Below, in pieces: positions 17,635 through 27,337 of a stretch of 36,540 bases of DNA. The DNA is taken from sequence record DRR378314_334; one strand, written 5' to 3'. The position numbers and the translations under genes were made by a program. The notes below the pieces were generated by a model. It had not been told where the DNA came from and did not search any database. It saw nothing but the letters and a program-made list of their open reading frames with translations. Position 1 is the first letter of the stretch. Each line of letters begins with the position of its first letter.

Positions 17635-17702
17635 GCGACCAAGTGTCCTTGACCTATCGTCAGCAGTTCACAAGCGCCCCCGGATTGGACTAAATCCCCG
17701 GC

Positions 17703-19625
17703 ATGGCAGATGATCTCCTTCCCCTGAGCAGCGGGTTTCCCGACGCCACCGAAGCCGAATGGCTCGCCAGCGTCGACAAGGTCCTGAAGGGCCGCGGCAT
17801 TGATTCGATTACACGCAAGACCGTGGACGGGCTGGAGATCCACCCGCTCTATCGAGAGAGCAATTTCCCCGCAGCCACCGACCCGCTGGGCACACCAGGC
17901 GCGGCCCCGTATCTCCGCGGGCCCACCGCCGCGCCAGACCGGTTTGCGCCCTGGGATATTCGTCAGGCATTCGCGCATCCATCACCGGTCACAACGAATG
18001 AAGAAATCCTGCGTGATCTTGAGCGCGGGGTCATGTCCGTCGAACTGAAGCTCGATTGCACCGGCGCAAATGGCGTACAGATCACCACGCTGGAAGATCT
18101 CCGCACAGCGCTGAAAGGCCTTCGCGCCGACATCGCTCCCATCGCACTGGACCATGGCGCAGGCTCTGGTGTCACCGCGGCCACGCTGCTCGGCCTGTGG
18201 GGACAGGAGCAAGATACTCCCGCCAGTCAGAAATTCGATTTCAACATGGACCCGCTCGGCTGCCTTGCCCGCACGGGCAAGCTGTCCGGGGGACTGAACG
18301 CCACCTTTGCGCGCCTCTCGGCAGCGGCCAACAGCCTTGGCGACGCCTATCCGGAAGCCGGCCTGATCCGCATTGATGCCCGCATGGTGCATGAAGCTGG
18401 CGGCTCCGACGCGCAGGAGCTGGCCGCCCTGATCGCCAGCGCCGTGGACACGCTGCGCCGGCTGGACAATCGCACGGATATTTCTGCGCTTGTCCCACGC
18501 ATGAGCTTCGCAATTGCGCTCGACAGCAATTACGGTCTCGGTGTCGCAAAACTGCGCGCAGCCCGTCGTCTCTGGGCGCGTATTCTTGACGCCATGGAGC
18601 TGCAACCTGTTCCCATGCGTTTGCAGGCTGTCTCGTCTGGTCGCATTTTGTCGCGTTATGACGCCTGGACGAACATGCTGCGCACGACGGCGGCGGCGTT
18701 TGCGGGTGCAGTGGGCGGCGCAGACATTCTCACCATCCGCCCCTTCAACGAGGCTCTCGGCATTCCCGAAGGCCTCGGCCGGCGCATCGCGCGGAACACG
18801 CAATTGATCGCGATGGAGGAAAGCCAGCTTGGCCGCGTGGCCGACCCGACCGGCGGCGCATGGTTTACCGAAACCTTTGCGGACGATCTGGCCGAAGCAG
18901 CCTGGAAGGAATTCCAGACCCTCGAAGCCGAAGGCGGCTATGCCGGCTCCCTGATCGCGGGCAGCTTCCAGAAACGGATCGCCGAGAAGCGCGAGGCCCG
19001 CGCCAAGGACATCGCCAAACGCAAGGTGCCGATCACGGGCGTCAGCGAGTTCCCGCTGTTGGACGAGATCGCCGCGCCGGTCGCGGACGCGCCCTCCGTC
19101 ACGCCAAAGGACGGCATCTCGAACGAAGGCTTTGCGCATTTCGTGACGGCTGACCTGCCCACAGACGAGGCCGATGCCACTGCCGAAGCCCTGCCGCGCA
19201 TTCGTCTTGCGGAAGACTATGAAGCCCTGCGCGATGCGGCGAGCGCTGCGCCCAAGCGCCCAAGCATCTTCCTGGCGACGCTCGGCCCGCTTGCCGAACA
19301 CAATGCCCGCGCAGACTTTGCCCGAAACCTCTTCGCCGCTGGCGGCCTTGAGGCGACGCAGCCCCCTGTGCCGCCGCAATCCCCATCCGAAGCCGCCGCC
19401 GCGTTCAAGGCCTCCGGCAGCAAGATCGCCTGCATCTGCGGTGCTGATGCGCGCTACGAAGACGAAGCCGTCGAAACCGCCAAGGCGCTGAAAGCCGCTG
19501 GCGCACTGCATATCTGGCTCGCTGGTAAGTTCGAAGGCGACAGCATCGATTCCAACATCTTCATGGGCTGCGATGTGCTACACACGCTGAAACTCGCCCA
19601 CGCAAATTTGGGAGTGGCCCAATGA
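17703..19625 (+). CDS. mutA: Methylmalonyl-CoA mutase small (non-cobalamin-binding) subunit
   Basis: [41 protein letters not shown] and RRIARNTQL motifs; C-terminal domain lacks DxHxxG; ATGA overlap with the large subunit. Confidence 0.85.
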   Translation: MADDLLPLSSGFPDATEAEWLASVDKVLKGRGIDSITRKTVDGLEIHPLYRESNFPAATDPLGTPGAAPYLRGPTAAPDRFAPWDIRQAFAHPSPVTTNEEILRDLERGVMSVELKLDCTGANGVQITTLEDLRTALKGLRADIAPIALDHGAGSGVTAATLLGLWGQEQDTPASQKFDFNMDPLGCLARTGKLSGGLNATFARLSAAANSLGDAYPEAGLIRIDARMVHEAGGSDAQELAALIASAVDTLRRLDNRTDISALVPRMSFAIALDSNYGLGVAKLRAARRLWARILDAMELQPVPMRLQAVSSGRILSRYDAWTNMLRTTAAAFAGAVGGADILTIRPFNEALGIPEGLGRRIARNTQLIAMEESQLGRVADPTGGAWFTETFADDLAEAAWKEFQTLEAEGGYAGSLIAGSFQKRIAEKREARAKDIAKRKVPITGVSEFPLLDEIAAPVADAPSVTPKDGISNEGFAHFVTADLPTDEADATAEALPRIRLAEDYEALRDAASAAPKRPSIFLATLGPLAEHNARADFARNLFAAGGLEATQPPVPPQSPSEAAAAFKASGSKIACICGADARYEDEAVETAKALKAAGALHIWLAGKFEGDSIDSNIFMGCDVLHTLKLAHANLGVAQ

Positions 19626-21781
19626 CCAATTTCCCCGACTTCACGAAACTCGATCTCGGCACGCCAGATGCAAAGGCCAAGTCGCCAGACCTTGGCGAGG
19701 CTTGGGAGACGCCGGAAGGTGTCGCCGTCAAATCCACCTATACCGCCGACGACCGCAAGGGGCTCGACTTTCTGGACGATTATCCAGGCCTTGCCCCCTT
19801 CGGACGCGGGCCTTACCCGACCATGTATACGAACCAGCCCTGGACGGTTCGTCAGTATGCTGGCTTCTCCACGGCGGAAGACTCCAACGCCTTCTATCGC
19901 CGCAACCTCGCCGCCGGCCAGAAAGGCCTCTCGGTCGCCTTCGACCTGGCCACACACCGCGGTTATGATTCCGACCATGTCCGCGTGTCCGGGGATGTCG
20001 GCATGGCGGGCGTCGCCATCGACTCCATCTATGACATGCGCACCCTGTTCTCGGGCATCCCTCTGGACAAGATGTCCGTCTCGATGACGATGAATGGCGC
20101 GGTGCTCCCCATCCTCGCGCTCTACATCGTCGCAGCCGAGGAACAGGGTGTCGGCCCGGAAAAGCTCGCGGGAACCATTCAGAACGACATTCTGAAAGAG
20201 TTCATGGTACGGAACACCTATATCTATCCGCCCAAGCCATCGATGCGGATCATTTCGGATATCTTTGCCTACACCTCGCAGAACATGCCGAAATTCAACT
20301 CGATCTCGATTTCCGGCTATCACATGCAGGAAGCGGGCGCCTCGGCGGATCTGGAACTGGCCTACACCCTCGCCGACGGCATTGAGTACATCCGCGCCGG
20401 TGTCGCTGCCGGCCTCGATGTCGATGCCTTTGCGCCGCGCCTGTCCTTCTTCTGGGCCATCGGCATGAACACCTTCATGGAAGTCGCCAAGATGCGCGCC
20501 GCGCGCCTGCTCTGGGCAAAGCTCGTGAAGGAAGAGTTCAACCCGAAGAACCCGAAATCCCTCAGCCTGCGGACACACTCGCAAACCTCCGGCTGGTCCC
20601 TGACCGCGCAGGACGTCTACAACAATGTCATCCGCACCTGCCTTGAGGCCATAGCAGCCACGGGCGGCCAGACCCAGTCGCTGCACACGAACAGCTTCGA
20701 TGAGGCCCTCGCCCTGCCGACCGACTTCTCTGCCCGGATCAGCCGCAACACGCAGCTCTTCCTGCAACAGGAAGGCGGCGCCTGCCAGACGATCGACATG
20801 TGGGGCGGCTCCTACTATGTCGAACGCCTGACGCACGACCTTGCCGAAAAGGCCCTCGCCCATATCGCCGAAGTCGAAAAGATGGGCGGCATGGCCAAGG
20901 CCATCGAGGAGGGCCTGCCCAAGCTGCGCATTGAAGAAGCCGCGGCCAATACGCAGGCGCGCATCGACAGCGGCACGCAGACCGTGGTCGGCGTGAACAA
21001 ATTCCTTCTGGACGAGGAAGAAGACGTCCCTGTGCTGAAGGTAGACAATGCCGCCGTGCGCCGTATGCAGCTGGACAAGCTGGCCCGCCTGAAATCCGAA
21101 CGCGACGAGGCCGAAGTCACTGCCAAGCTGGACGCAATTGCCAAGGCCGCCGCTGGCACCAAAGGTAACTTGCTCGCGCTGGCCGTGGACGCCGCCCGCG
21201 CGAAGGCCACGGTGGGCGAGATTTCCGAAGCTGTTGAGCGCAGCCAGGGTCGTCACCAGGCCGTCATCCGGTCCATCAAGGGCGTTTATGGCGGCGGCGT
21301 GAAGGGCGACGACAAGGCCGAGGCCGCCGCAACGCTTGCTTCGGATTTCGAGAAGAAACATGGCCGCAAACCGAAGGTCTACATTGCCAAGATGGGCCAG
21401 GACGGACACGACCGTGGACAGAAGGTTGTCGCCTCCGCGCTGATGGACCTTGGCTGGGATGTCGAGATCGGCCCGCTTTTCCAGACACCGGAAGAGGCCG
21501 CCGCTGACGCTCGCAAGGCCGGGGTCGACATTGTCGCCGCCTCCTCGCTCGCGGCGGGCCACCTCACGCTGGTGCCGGAACTGAAACGCGCACTCGGCAA
21601 TGAAGGCGCGGCGCATACGCAGATCATTGTCGGCGGCGTCATCCCGCCACAGGATTTCGACGCGCTCTACGCCGCTGGAGCCTCCGCCATCTTCCCACCG
21701 GGCACCGTCATCGCCGACAGCGCCATCCGCATGCTGGAAGTGCTGGACGGAGACGACGGCGCGAAGACAGCGGCGGAGTGA
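19622..21781 (+). CDS. scpA: Methylmalonyl-CoA mutase large subunit (adenosylcobalamin-dependent)
   Basis: [16 protein letters not shown] (specificity Tyr), [20 protein letters not shown] and GQDGHDRG B12-binding motif. Confidence 0.95.
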   Translation: MTNFPDFTKLDLGTPDAKAKSPDLGEAWETPEGVAVKSTYTADDRKGLDFLDDYPGLAPFGRGPYPTMYTNQPWTVRQYAGFSTAEDSNAFYRRNLAAGQKGLSVAFDLATHRGYDSDHVRVSGDVGMAGVAIDSIYDMRTLFSGIPLDKMSVSMTMNGAVLPILALYIVAAEEQGVGPEKLAGTIQNDILKEFMVRNTYIYPPKPSMRIISDIFAYTSQNMPKFNSISISGYHMQEAGASADLELAYTLADGIEYIRAGVAAGLDVDAFAPRLSFFWAIGMNTFMEVAKMRAARLLWAKLVKEEFNPKNPKSLSLRTHSQTSGWSLTAQDVYNNVIRTCLEAIAATGGQTQSLHTNSFDEALALPTDFSARISRNTQLFLQQEGGACQTIDMWGGSYYVERLTHDLAEKALAHIAEVEKMGGMAKAIEEGLPKLRIEEAAANTQARIDSGTQTVVGVNKFLLDEEEDVPVLKVDNAAVRRMQLDKLARLKSERDEAEVTAKLDAIAKAAAGTKGNLLALAVDAARAKATVGEISEAVERSQGRHQAVIRSIKGVYGGGVKGDDKAEAAATLASDFEKKHGRKPKVYIAKMGQDGHDRGQKVVASALMDLGWDVEIGPLFQTPEEAAADARKAGVDIVAASSLAAGHLTLVPELKRALGNEGAAHTQIIVGGVIPPQDFDALYAAGASAIFPPGTVIADSAIRMLEVLDGDDGAKTAAE

Positions 21782-22392
21782 AGGAACGGGCGTCCACCGC
21801 AGGTTATGCCGAGGAGGCGCCCGACCTGTTTGTGCGCTATGAGGCGCGCGACGCGGCGGCGGTGCATGCGCCGTGGGCGGAGTTCCTGCCCAAGCCGCCT
21901 GCTCGCGTCCTGGACATTGGCGCTGGCACGGGACGGGATGCGGCCTGGTTCGCACGCACGGGTCATTTCGTGCTCGCGGTCGAGCCTGTCGACGCCCTGC
22001 GTACTGGCGCAGCCGAGCTTCATCCTGAGCCCAGCATCATTTGGCTGGACGACGCATTGCCCGACCTGACCGCCACCCGCGCACGGGGAGAATCCTTTGA
22101 CATGATCCTGATGCATGCCGTCTGGATGCATTTGACCGAAGCAGAACGCGCCGCCGGCATGGCAAACGTCGCAAGCCTGCTGAAGCCCGGCGGACGCCTG
22201 TTCATGAGCCAGCGCCACGGGCCGATCCCGGAAGGCCGCCGCATGTTCGACATTTCCGGCGACGAGACCATCGCCCTCGCCGCCCCGCACGGCCTGACCA
22301 ATCTCTATTGCAACCGGGCTGGCTCGATCCAGGCCGAGAACATGGCGATGGGTATTGAATGGACGAAACTGGTTTTCCAAAAAAACTCTTGA
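21778..22392 (+). CDS. Class I SAM-dependent methyltransferase
   Basis: [12 protein letters not shown] motif I, DDALPDL, AVWMHL and LLKPGG; GTGA coupling to the mutase stop. Confidence 0.85.
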   Translation: MKERASTAGYAEEAPDLFVRYEARDAAAVHAPWAEFLPKPPARVLDIGAGTGRDAAWFARTGHFVLAVEPVDALRTGAAELHPEPSIIWLDDALPDLTATRARGESFDMILMHAVWMHLTEAERAAGMANVASLLKPGGRLFMSQRHGPIPEGRRMFDISGDETIALAAPHGLTNLYCNRAGSIQAENMAMGIEWTKLVFQKNS

Positions 22393-22413
22393 AAGCCCTC
22401 TCGGCCCACCCCA

Positions 22414-22438
22414 ATTATTATTGATAATCAATAATAAT
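22414..22438. promoter_or_regulatory. Perfect 12-1-12 AT-rich inverted repeat (operator candidate)
   Basis: ATTATTATTGAT-A-ATCAATAATAAT immediately upstream of the GGAG SD of the ybjQ-like gene. Confidence 0.65.
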
Positions 22439-22448
22439 GGAGCAAGAC

Positions 22449-22778
22449 ATGATCGTTTCGACCACCCCGACCCTGCAGGGCCATGACATCACTGAGTACA
22501 AAGGCCTCGTGACCGGCGAAGCCATTATCGGCGCGCATATCTTCAAGGATCTGTTCGCCGGCATTCGCGATGTTGTGGGCGGCCGCTCGGAAGCCTATGA
22601 GAAAACGATCCGCGAAGCCCGCGAAGTCGCCACACGCGAAATGTGCGAGGAAGCCGCCCGGCGCGGCGGGAATGCCGTGGTCGGCGTGGACATCGACTAT
22701 GAAGTCGTCGGACAGGGCGGCTCCATGATGATGGTGTCAGTGTCCGGTACGGCGGTGACGATCAAGGCCGGCAGCTAA
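22449..22778 (+). CDS. ybjQ: YbjQ/UPF0145 family (putative heavy-metal-binding) protein
   Basis: [39 protein letters not shown] and VSGTAV motifs. Confidence 0.9.
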   Translation: MIVSTTPTLQGHDITEYKGLVTGEAIIGAHIFKDLFAGIRDVVGGRSEAYEKTIREAREVATREMCEEAARRGGNAVVGVDIDYEVVGQGGSMMMVSVSGTAVTIKAGS

Positions 22779-23176
22779 TCCTTTGACTTGTGGGCCAGTG
22801 CTGCTGCATTGGCCTCCCAGTTCTGCCCGTCGAACTTGTTCACGGTCACGTCCAGTGTCTGCCAGTCATCAAGGCATCGCCACGTCACGGCGAAGCCATC
22901 CTGGTTTGAGCGCGGCACGTAGAAACTCTTGATGCCGCATGTCTTGCAGAAACGGTGCTTCGCGCCGCCCGTGTTGAACGTGTATTCGGCAAGGTTCTCC
23001 GCCCCCTGAAGAAGACGAAAGCGACTGGCTGGCACGATGACATGAATATTTCCGCTCATCGCGCAGATCGAGCAGTTGCAATCCTCGACCTCGAAGGCCG
23101 CCGGCACATCCACCTCGAACCGCACCGCGCCGCAATGGCACCCGCCCGCCTGCGTGTTTAGTCCGGGCAAGGTCAC
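22775..23176 (-). CDS. GFA/CENP-V family Zn protein
   Basis: [16 protein letters not shown] and FCKTCGI motifs. Confidence 0.9.
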   Translation of the reverse strand: MTLPGLNTQAGGCHCGAVRFEVDVPAAFEVEDCNCSICAMSGNIHVIVPASRFRLLQGAENLAEYTFNTGGAKHRFCKTCGIKSFYVPRSNQDGFAVTWRCLDDWQTLDVTVNKFDGQNWEANAAALAHKSKD

Positions 23177-23652
23177 TCTTCTTTGCTCATATGGCCCACA
23201 TAAGCGTCGAGAATGGCCATGAACTTATCCACATCCTCGGTATCGAAATTGGCCTCATGCTTCAGGTCGAGGGAATAGTCGACGCCCACCGCAAAGGACT
23301 GCTGGTCCGGGCGCGGCAGGATGAAGGCGCGGCCAAACGGGTAACTGTCGTTGAAATGGTTGGTTTTTTCATGCATGGCGAGGTCTGGCACCCCTGCCAT
23401 TTCAAACGTCGCAAAGATCATCGCGCTCGCGCAGGTCTTCGTTTCGTCGCAATCCATCATGCGCACCGAATACTTGAAGTTACCCTTGGTTGCATCGAGG
23501 AGAGCAACATCATCGCGTACCCACGTAAGCTCCACGTCTTGGCCGCCGGCGCGGGTCAATATGGTTGAGGCATTCTCCGGAGAAATTGGCCAAGCCAGCA
23601 CAGGCAGAGCCATCATCACGGCGAGTGCCGCGCAAATTCCGCTTCTGATCAT
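23173..23652 (-). CDS. Secreted YbjN-domain-like protein
   Basis: Signal peptide (PVLA-W), C-x5-C pair and N.FN..YPFGRAF pattern typical of periplasmic YbjN-like proteins; AAGGAAG SD before ATG 23652. Confidence 0.6.
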   Translation of the reverse strand: MIRSGICAALAVMMALPVLAWPISPENASTILTRAGGQDVELTWVRDDVALLDATKGNFKYSVRMMDCDETKTCASAMIFATFEMAGVPDLAMHEKTNHFNDSYPFGRAFILPRPDQQSFAVGVDYSLDLKHEANFDTEDVDKFMAILDAYVGHMSKEE

Positions 23653-23672
23653 GTTGTATCGTCTTCCTTGTT

Positions 23673-25121
23673 TCATCCCATCCAGACTGGCGGGCACCGG
23701 TCAATCCAGGGCTTTGCCCGTTCCAGCTGGCCAGCCAGCGAGAACAGCAATTCCTCGCTACCACACCGCCCGCCAAACATCATACCGATCGGCAGGCCCT
23801 GCGGTGCAGTTTCTGTCGGATCTGTCCAATGAAGTGGCACAGACATGGCGGGCGCGCCAATCTGATTGAACAATGGGCACAGCGGCGCAAAGCTGCCAAC
23901 CGCCTCGCTCATCTGGTCTGGCGGCGCCGTCAATGCCAGCACGCCCAGCTCATCCGGCGCACGGAAGGTCGTCGGGGTCAGGATCAAATCGATGCCCTGA
24001 TCCTCCAGGAATTGTTCGAACTGTATGGCGGTCAGATTGAACAGATTGTTCGCCCGTGCCAACTCCACCATCGGCACAGTCCGTCCCAGCCCCGCCATCG
24101 CGAACGTGATCGGTTCCAACTCATCCTCGCGCACGTCCCGGCCAAGCATGGCGGCCCGCGCATCAATCGCCGCGGCGACATTGGCCGAGATGGTGAACAG
24201 CGCCGCCTTGCCAAGCGCCTCACCGTCCAGGGATGGGGCGGCTTCAACCACTTCATGGCCCAGCTCTTCCAACAGGCGAGCTGTGGCCTCGGCACCCTCT
24301 TTCGCCTCGGCGCTCATTTCCGTGCCGTTCGGTGCGGTTCGCCAGAGCGCAATCTTCAGCTTCTTCGGATCGCGCGAGACCGCGTTGAGATAGGTGCCCT
24401 CCGGCGCCGGCGCGACATAACGACTGCCAGTCTCCCGGCCATGCGAGGCGTCGAGCAGGGCGGCATTGTCGCGCACGGCCTGGCTGACGGCATGGACCGT
24501 CGACATGCCGTTCCAGTTTTCTGTCTGAAGCGGCCCCATAGGGGTGCGCCCGCGTGAAGGCTTCATGCCGAACAGGCCCGTGCAGGACGCCGGAATACGG
24601 ATTGATCCGCCGCCATCGCTGGCCTGCGCCAAGGGCACAACTCCTGCCGCAACCGCCGCCGAGGCGCCGCCGGACGATCCGCCAGACGTCCGCGTTACAT
24701 CCCACGGGTTGCGCGTCTGGCCGTAGAGCGTGGATTCCGTCGTCGTGGTCAGTCCGAATTCAGGGCTGGTCGTCTGCCCGAACATGACCAGGCCCGCCTT
24801 GCGATAACGCTCTGTCAGGACCGAATCCCGCTCGGCAACATGCCCCTTCCAGCTGACGGACCCATTGGTGAGCGGAGCGCCCTTCAGGGCAACACCCAAA
24901 TCCTTTGTCAGGAACGGGACGCCTGCAAAGGGGCCATCCTTGGGCACATCTGCCAGCTGCGTCTCTGCCATGTCCGGATAGAGCGCGGAAAAGCAATTCA
25001 GCTGCTCCTGCGCGGCACGGGCGCGGGACACCGCCTCGTCCAGCAACTCTTTTGACGATACTTCCCCAGTTCGGACCAGCTCCGCCAGTCCCATCGCATC
25101 AAACGCCGCATATTCCTTCAT
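23673..25121 (-). CDS. Amidase signature family protein
   Basis: [14 protein letters not shown] and [13 protein letters not shown] (Ser-cisSer-Lys triad) motifs. Confidence 0.93.
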   Translation of the reverse strand: MKEYAAFDAMGLAELVRTGEVSSKELLDEAVSRARAAQEQLNCFSALYPDMAETQLADVPKDGPFAGVPFLTKDLGVALKGAPLTNGSVSWKGHVAERDSVLTERYRKAGLVMFGQTTSPEFGLTTTTESTLYGQTRNPWDVTRTSGGSSGGASAAVAAGVVPLAQASDGGGSIRIPASCTGLFGMKPSRGRTPMGPLQTENWNGMSTVHAVSQAVRDNAALLDASHGRETGSRYVAPAPEGTYLNAVSRDPKKLKIALWRTAPNGTEMSAEAKEGAEATARLLEELGHEVVEAAPSLDGEALGKAALFTISANVAAAIDARAAMLGRDVREDELEPITFAMAGLGRTVPMVELARANNLFNLTAIQFEQFLEDQGIDLILTPTTFRAPDELGVLALTAPPDQMSEAVGSFAPLCPLFNQIGAPAMSVPLHWTDPTETAPQGLPIGMMFGGRCGSEELLFSLAGQLERAKPWIDRCPPVWMG

Positions 25122-25175
25122 TCCGCCCTCCTGTTTTGAAGGCAGTTTGGAACGTGAAGGCAGAGAAGGAAACCC

Positions 25176-25664
25176 CTAGTCCTGTGGTGGTGGCGGAGGA
25201 TCACGCCGATCACGGCTGCGCCGGTCCGGCCCGCGCGCCAGCAAGTCCGCCATGGCGGCGCGCTGATCTGATGGCAGAGCCTCCAGACGCCCGATCATGG
25301 CTTCATGTGTTGCGGCGTGCACGTCCTGCTCACTGGACCGCAGAGCGGCAAACGCTTTGCGAACCTGCTCTGCGTTGAAGGGTTCTGTCTTGAGGGCCTT
25401 TGCAAGCTCCTCCCGCGCTGCGTTGCGCACTTCGCGTTCAGGCCGCGATTCCCGATAGGATTCACGCATCAAGCCGAACATGGCCCGGCGAGTGTCTGGT
25501 GAAATGTCGCGCTCGACACTCGGGCGATCCCTGCCCCGGTCACGATCCGGCATCTGGCGCACGAGCATTCCGGCAATCAATCCAAGCAAAAGCAGGTTGA
25601 ACAAGAGGGAGACCGTCAACCAGAAGGAAATGCGGCGCGGTTTCGGCGCGGACGTATCGCTCAT
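25176..25664 (-). CDS. Periplasmic heavy-metal sensor / CpxP-ZraP-like helical protein
   Basis: VSLLFNLLLLG anchor, EPFNAEQV and LPSDQR motifs; coupled to the anti-sigma gene. Confidence 0.75.
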   Translation of the reverse strand: MSDTSAPKPRRISFWLTVSLLFNLLLLGLIAGMLVRQMPDRDRGRDRPSVERDISPDTRRAMFGLMRESYRESRPEREVRNAAREELAKALKTEPFNAEQVRKAFAALRSSEQDVHAATHEAMIGRLEALPSDQRAAMADLLARGPDRRSRDRRDPPPPPQD

Positions 25665-26104
25665 TGCATCACCTCTTCTTCAAGTTCCAGCGTGTACGTA
25701 TCAAACCCGAGCGCAGCATAGACAGCTGCTTCGGCTTGTTCGTCCTGCGTCGTGACTGGCTGCGCAACGCTCATCCCGGCGAACAGGCCAACCGTGAGGG
25801 AGGCCAGAGCCCCTGCCGGAATCCAGACCGGCAGCTTCCAGCGAGATGACCGGGCCGACCGGGGTTTCGGTGCAGATGCAATCAACGTTTCGCGCAAGGC
25901 AGGCGATGGCAAGACATGAGGAATGTCTGCAAACAGACCATCCAGAGCCTGCGCCTCAGACAGCGCTGTTGCAAACCGGGCGGGGTGGTCTGCCATGCGC
26001 GCTTTCGCGGCGGCTCGCTCGGCCTCCGGGAACATGTCCGGATCTGCCCCATAGGCTTCGATCAGGGCCAGAACCCGCGCGTCTGTGATCATCTGTCCGC
26101 TCAT
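25661..26104 (-). CDS. Putative single-TM anti-sigma factor
   Basis: N-terminal 'ALIEAYGADPDMFPEAERAAA' domain then one TM helix; ATGA overlap with the sigma factor stop. Confidence 0.7.
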   Translation of the reverse strand: MSGQMITDARVLALIEAYGADPDMFPEAERAAAKARMADHPARFATALSEAQALDGLFADIPHVLPSPALRETLIASAPKPRSARSSRWKLPVWIPAGALASLTVGLFAGMSVAQPVTTQDEQAEAAVYAALGFDTYTLELEEEVMQ

Positions 26105-26643
26105 GATGCGGCCCTCTCCAACAGGCTGGCTCTCAATGTGCGACGTGCACGGGCCAGCAAACTTTCCAGCGCCTCCACGCTGACATCCATGATGTCTGCC
26201 GCTTCGGCTTGTGAGTGTCCCTGCAATGCGCACAGCGTCAAGGCAGCGGCCTGGCGTTCCGGCAAGTGGGAGATTGCATCCTCCACGGCGCGGACGCGCT
26301 GGGACTGGTCCAGCAATTCTGCTGGTGTCATGGCCGGATCGGTGCGTTCCGGCAGGTGTTCCATCGTTACTTCCCGGCGCTTGCGCAGCCGATCATAACA
26401 GAGATTGAGCGCCACCCGGTGCAGCCAGGTGGAGAATTTCGCCCGTGGCTCCCAGGTCGGAAGCGCTTTCCAGGCGCGGAGGAAGGTTTCCTGCGTCACG
26501 TCTTCCGCCTCCGCGGCATCCCCCAGCATCCGGGTTGCCAAAGCGAGGACGCCGCTGCTGTAGCGGTCGACAAGGCTGGAGACAGCAGCGGGATCGCCCG
26601 CTGCCGCTCGTGTAATCCGGTCGAGGTCTGAACTGAAAGCCAA
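26101..26643 (-). CDS. ECF RNA polymerase sigma factor
   Basis: Region 2 AEDVTQETFLRAW...FSTWLHRVALN and region 4 LPERQ...EAADIMDVSVEALESLLARARR; TTG start is uncertain. Confidence 0.9.
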   Translation of the reverse strand: MAFSSDLDRITRAAAGDPAAVSSLVDRYSSGVLALATRMLGDAAEAEDVTQETFLRAWKALPTWEPRAKFSTWLHRVALNLCYDRLRKRREVTMEHLPERTDPAMTPAELLDQSQRVRAVEDAISHLPERQAAALTLCALQGHSQAEAADIMDVSVEALESLLARARRTLRASLLERAAS

Positions 26644-26741
26644 GACAGGTTTCTTAACCGAAGACGGGCCGGAAGAGGTTGGTCATCTCGTGAGTCACGC
26701 GAACACATCACACGCTTCCGGCCCATTCAGCAAGTCCTACC

Positions 26742-27281
26742 CTATTCCGGGCGTGGGCCGTCGCCCCGCTTGTGCCACTTGCCGTGACGCTTGCCCTTCA
26801 TCTTGGACTTCATGTCCTCCATTTCTTCGGCGGTGATCACGCCATCGCCATCCGCATCAAGCTTGTCGAAACCAGGATGCCCGCGATCATCGAGTTCGTC
26901 GATGCTGATCGTGCCATTGCCGTCTGCATCCAGCTTGGCGAACATCTCAGCCTTGCGCTCGGCTCGACGTGCTGCGCGTTCAGCTTCACGTTCCGCCTTT
27001 TTGGCTTCGTGATGCGCATCGAGTTCGGCCTGCGTCACGGCGCCATCGCCATTTGCGTCGATTTCAGCGAAACGCGCCGTGCGGTGCGCTTCCATTTCTG
27101 CTTTGCTGATGTTGCCGTCAGCATTGGTGTCGATCTGCTTGATCATTTCTTCCATGCCACCGCGAGGGCCATGTGGGCGGTCTCCACGCGGACCATCACC
27201 CGGCTGGGCCAGAGCCACAAGCGGCAGGGTCAGCGCCGCAATGGCGGCAATCGAAGCAGTTGCGAGAGTAGTGCGTTTCAT
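26742..27281 (-). CDS. Secreted EF-hand calcium-binding protein
   Basis: Signal peptide ending ALA-Q; four EF-hand loops DTNADGNISKAE, DANGDGAVTQAE, DADGNGTISIDE and DADGDGVITAEE. Confidence 0.9.
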   Translation of the reverse strand: MKRTTLATASIAAIAALTLPLVALAQPGDGPRGDRPHGPRGGMEEMIKQIDTNADGNISKAEMEAHRTARFAEIDANGDGAVTQAELDAHHEAKKAEREAERAARRAERKAEMFAKLDADGNGTISIDELDDRGHPGFDKLDADGDGVITAEEMEDMKSKMKGKRHGKWHKRGDGPRPE

Positions 27282-27337
27282 TTGGAAAAACTCCGTTCGT
27301 TTTACTCACCCATCGCGTATTGAACGGACCGGCCCGC

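Noticed and set aside
17577-17702. Cobalamin riboswitch before the mutase operon; LexA box before the 73-aa gene
   Set aside because: The gap is short, shared with a divergent gene and has no B12-box. GAAT-N7-GTTC does not fit the alphaproteobacterial GTTC-N7-GTTC direct repeat.
19454-21955. 833-aa antisense ORF, and similar long shadow ORFs (466-1737, 17982-19511, 27515-28540, 29701-31074)
   Set aside because: They lie opposite well-supported genes and have no recognisable motifs; long antisense frames are expected in GC-rich coding DNA.
26742-27281. EF-hand protein as lanmodulin
   Set aside because: The loops lack the position-2 proline characteristic of lanmodulin, and no xoxF or lanthanide-uptake genes are nearby.
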